A stretch of 43,572 bases of DNA, from positions 1 through 43,572 of the forward strand of contig DAONGQ010000003.1 of assembly GCA_035404205.1 (NCBI GenBank), given 5' to 3'. Shown one piece after another: positions 43,502-43,572 of the stretch. Positions within the stretch are counted from its first letter, which is position 1, and the number at the start of each line of letters is the position of its first letter. The notes under the pieces were generated by a model. It had not been told where the DNA came from, made no database searches, and saw only the letters and a program-made list of their open reading frames with translations. The DNA comes from Minisyncoccota bacterium. GTDB taxonomy: Bacteria > Patescibacteriota > Minisyncoccia > UBA6257 > JAVHQB01. The position numbers and the translations under genes were made by a program.

Positions 43502-43572
43502 CTGCGGGACTTGGATTCGGACCAAGATACTGGGCTTCAAAGGCCCATGTCCTACCATTAGACGATCCCGCA
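43502..43572 (-). tRNA. tRNA-Gln (anticodon UUG)
   Basis: The reverse complement reads TGCGGGA TC GTCTAATGGTAGGAC A TGGGC CTTTGAA GCCCA GTAT CTTGG TCCGAAT CCAAG TCCCGCA G. The anticodon is TTG. The gene ends exactly at the window edge. Confidence 0.9.

Noticed and set aside
1-43572. Possible alternative genetic code (UGA recoding, as in some candidate phyla) or a mobile/defence island.
   Set aside because: rlmN terminates on TGA at a normal protein length, and all housekeeping ORFs are full-length under code 11. I found no integrase, transposase, phage, restriction-modification, toxin-antitoxin or cas signatures in any of the listed ORFs.

Overview
A 43.6-kb, AT-rich and very gene-dense window. 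About 40 protein genes are present, and nearly all lie on the minus strand with short gaps or 4-8 nt overlaps. The standard code applies: rlmN ends on TGA and the long ORFs are intact. The content is mostly housekeeping.
- Translation: serS, lysS, frr, hpf, rlmN and two tRNA-Gln genes.
- Replication and repair: dnaX, holB and a compact udg-xth-xseA-xseB operon.
- Envelope and morphogenesis: murA, murB, mraY, a PBP5-like carboxypeptidase, PBP2, mreB-mreC-mreD plus a second mreB, rseP, a PAP2 phosphatase and a yvcK-like gene.
- Other: secA, scpA/scpB and greA.
I saw no transposase, integrase, CRISPR array or recognisable defence genes. The reduced gene set, the Thr-rich surface proteins and the missing lipid genes in an otherwise conserved cluster fit a CPR/Patescibacteria-like genome; that placement is inference only.
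Items worth a second look:
1. A roughly 490-nt apparently non-coding transcript at 41039-41563, bounded by a near-consensus promoter and a terminator.
2. An orphan VirD4/TraD-like coupling ATPase in a housekeeping operon, next to an FtsQ-like gene.
3. An orphan unit between serS and lysS, with its own promoter, a long structured leader and a 97-aa tail-anchored protein.
4. Mucin-like Thr-rich envelope proteins beside a CsbB/YfhO-like (GtrB/GtrC-like) glycosylation gene pair.
5. An array of 62-bp repeats with inverted 12-13-mers, plus a 29-aa Lys-rich micro-ORF, upstream of hpf-secA.
6. A disrupted second tRNA-Gln copy.
7. An HRDC-XseA fusion.
8. An amidohydrolase-fold protein that has lost its metal ligands.
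Every call comes from reading the sequence and recognising motifs. No database search was run.
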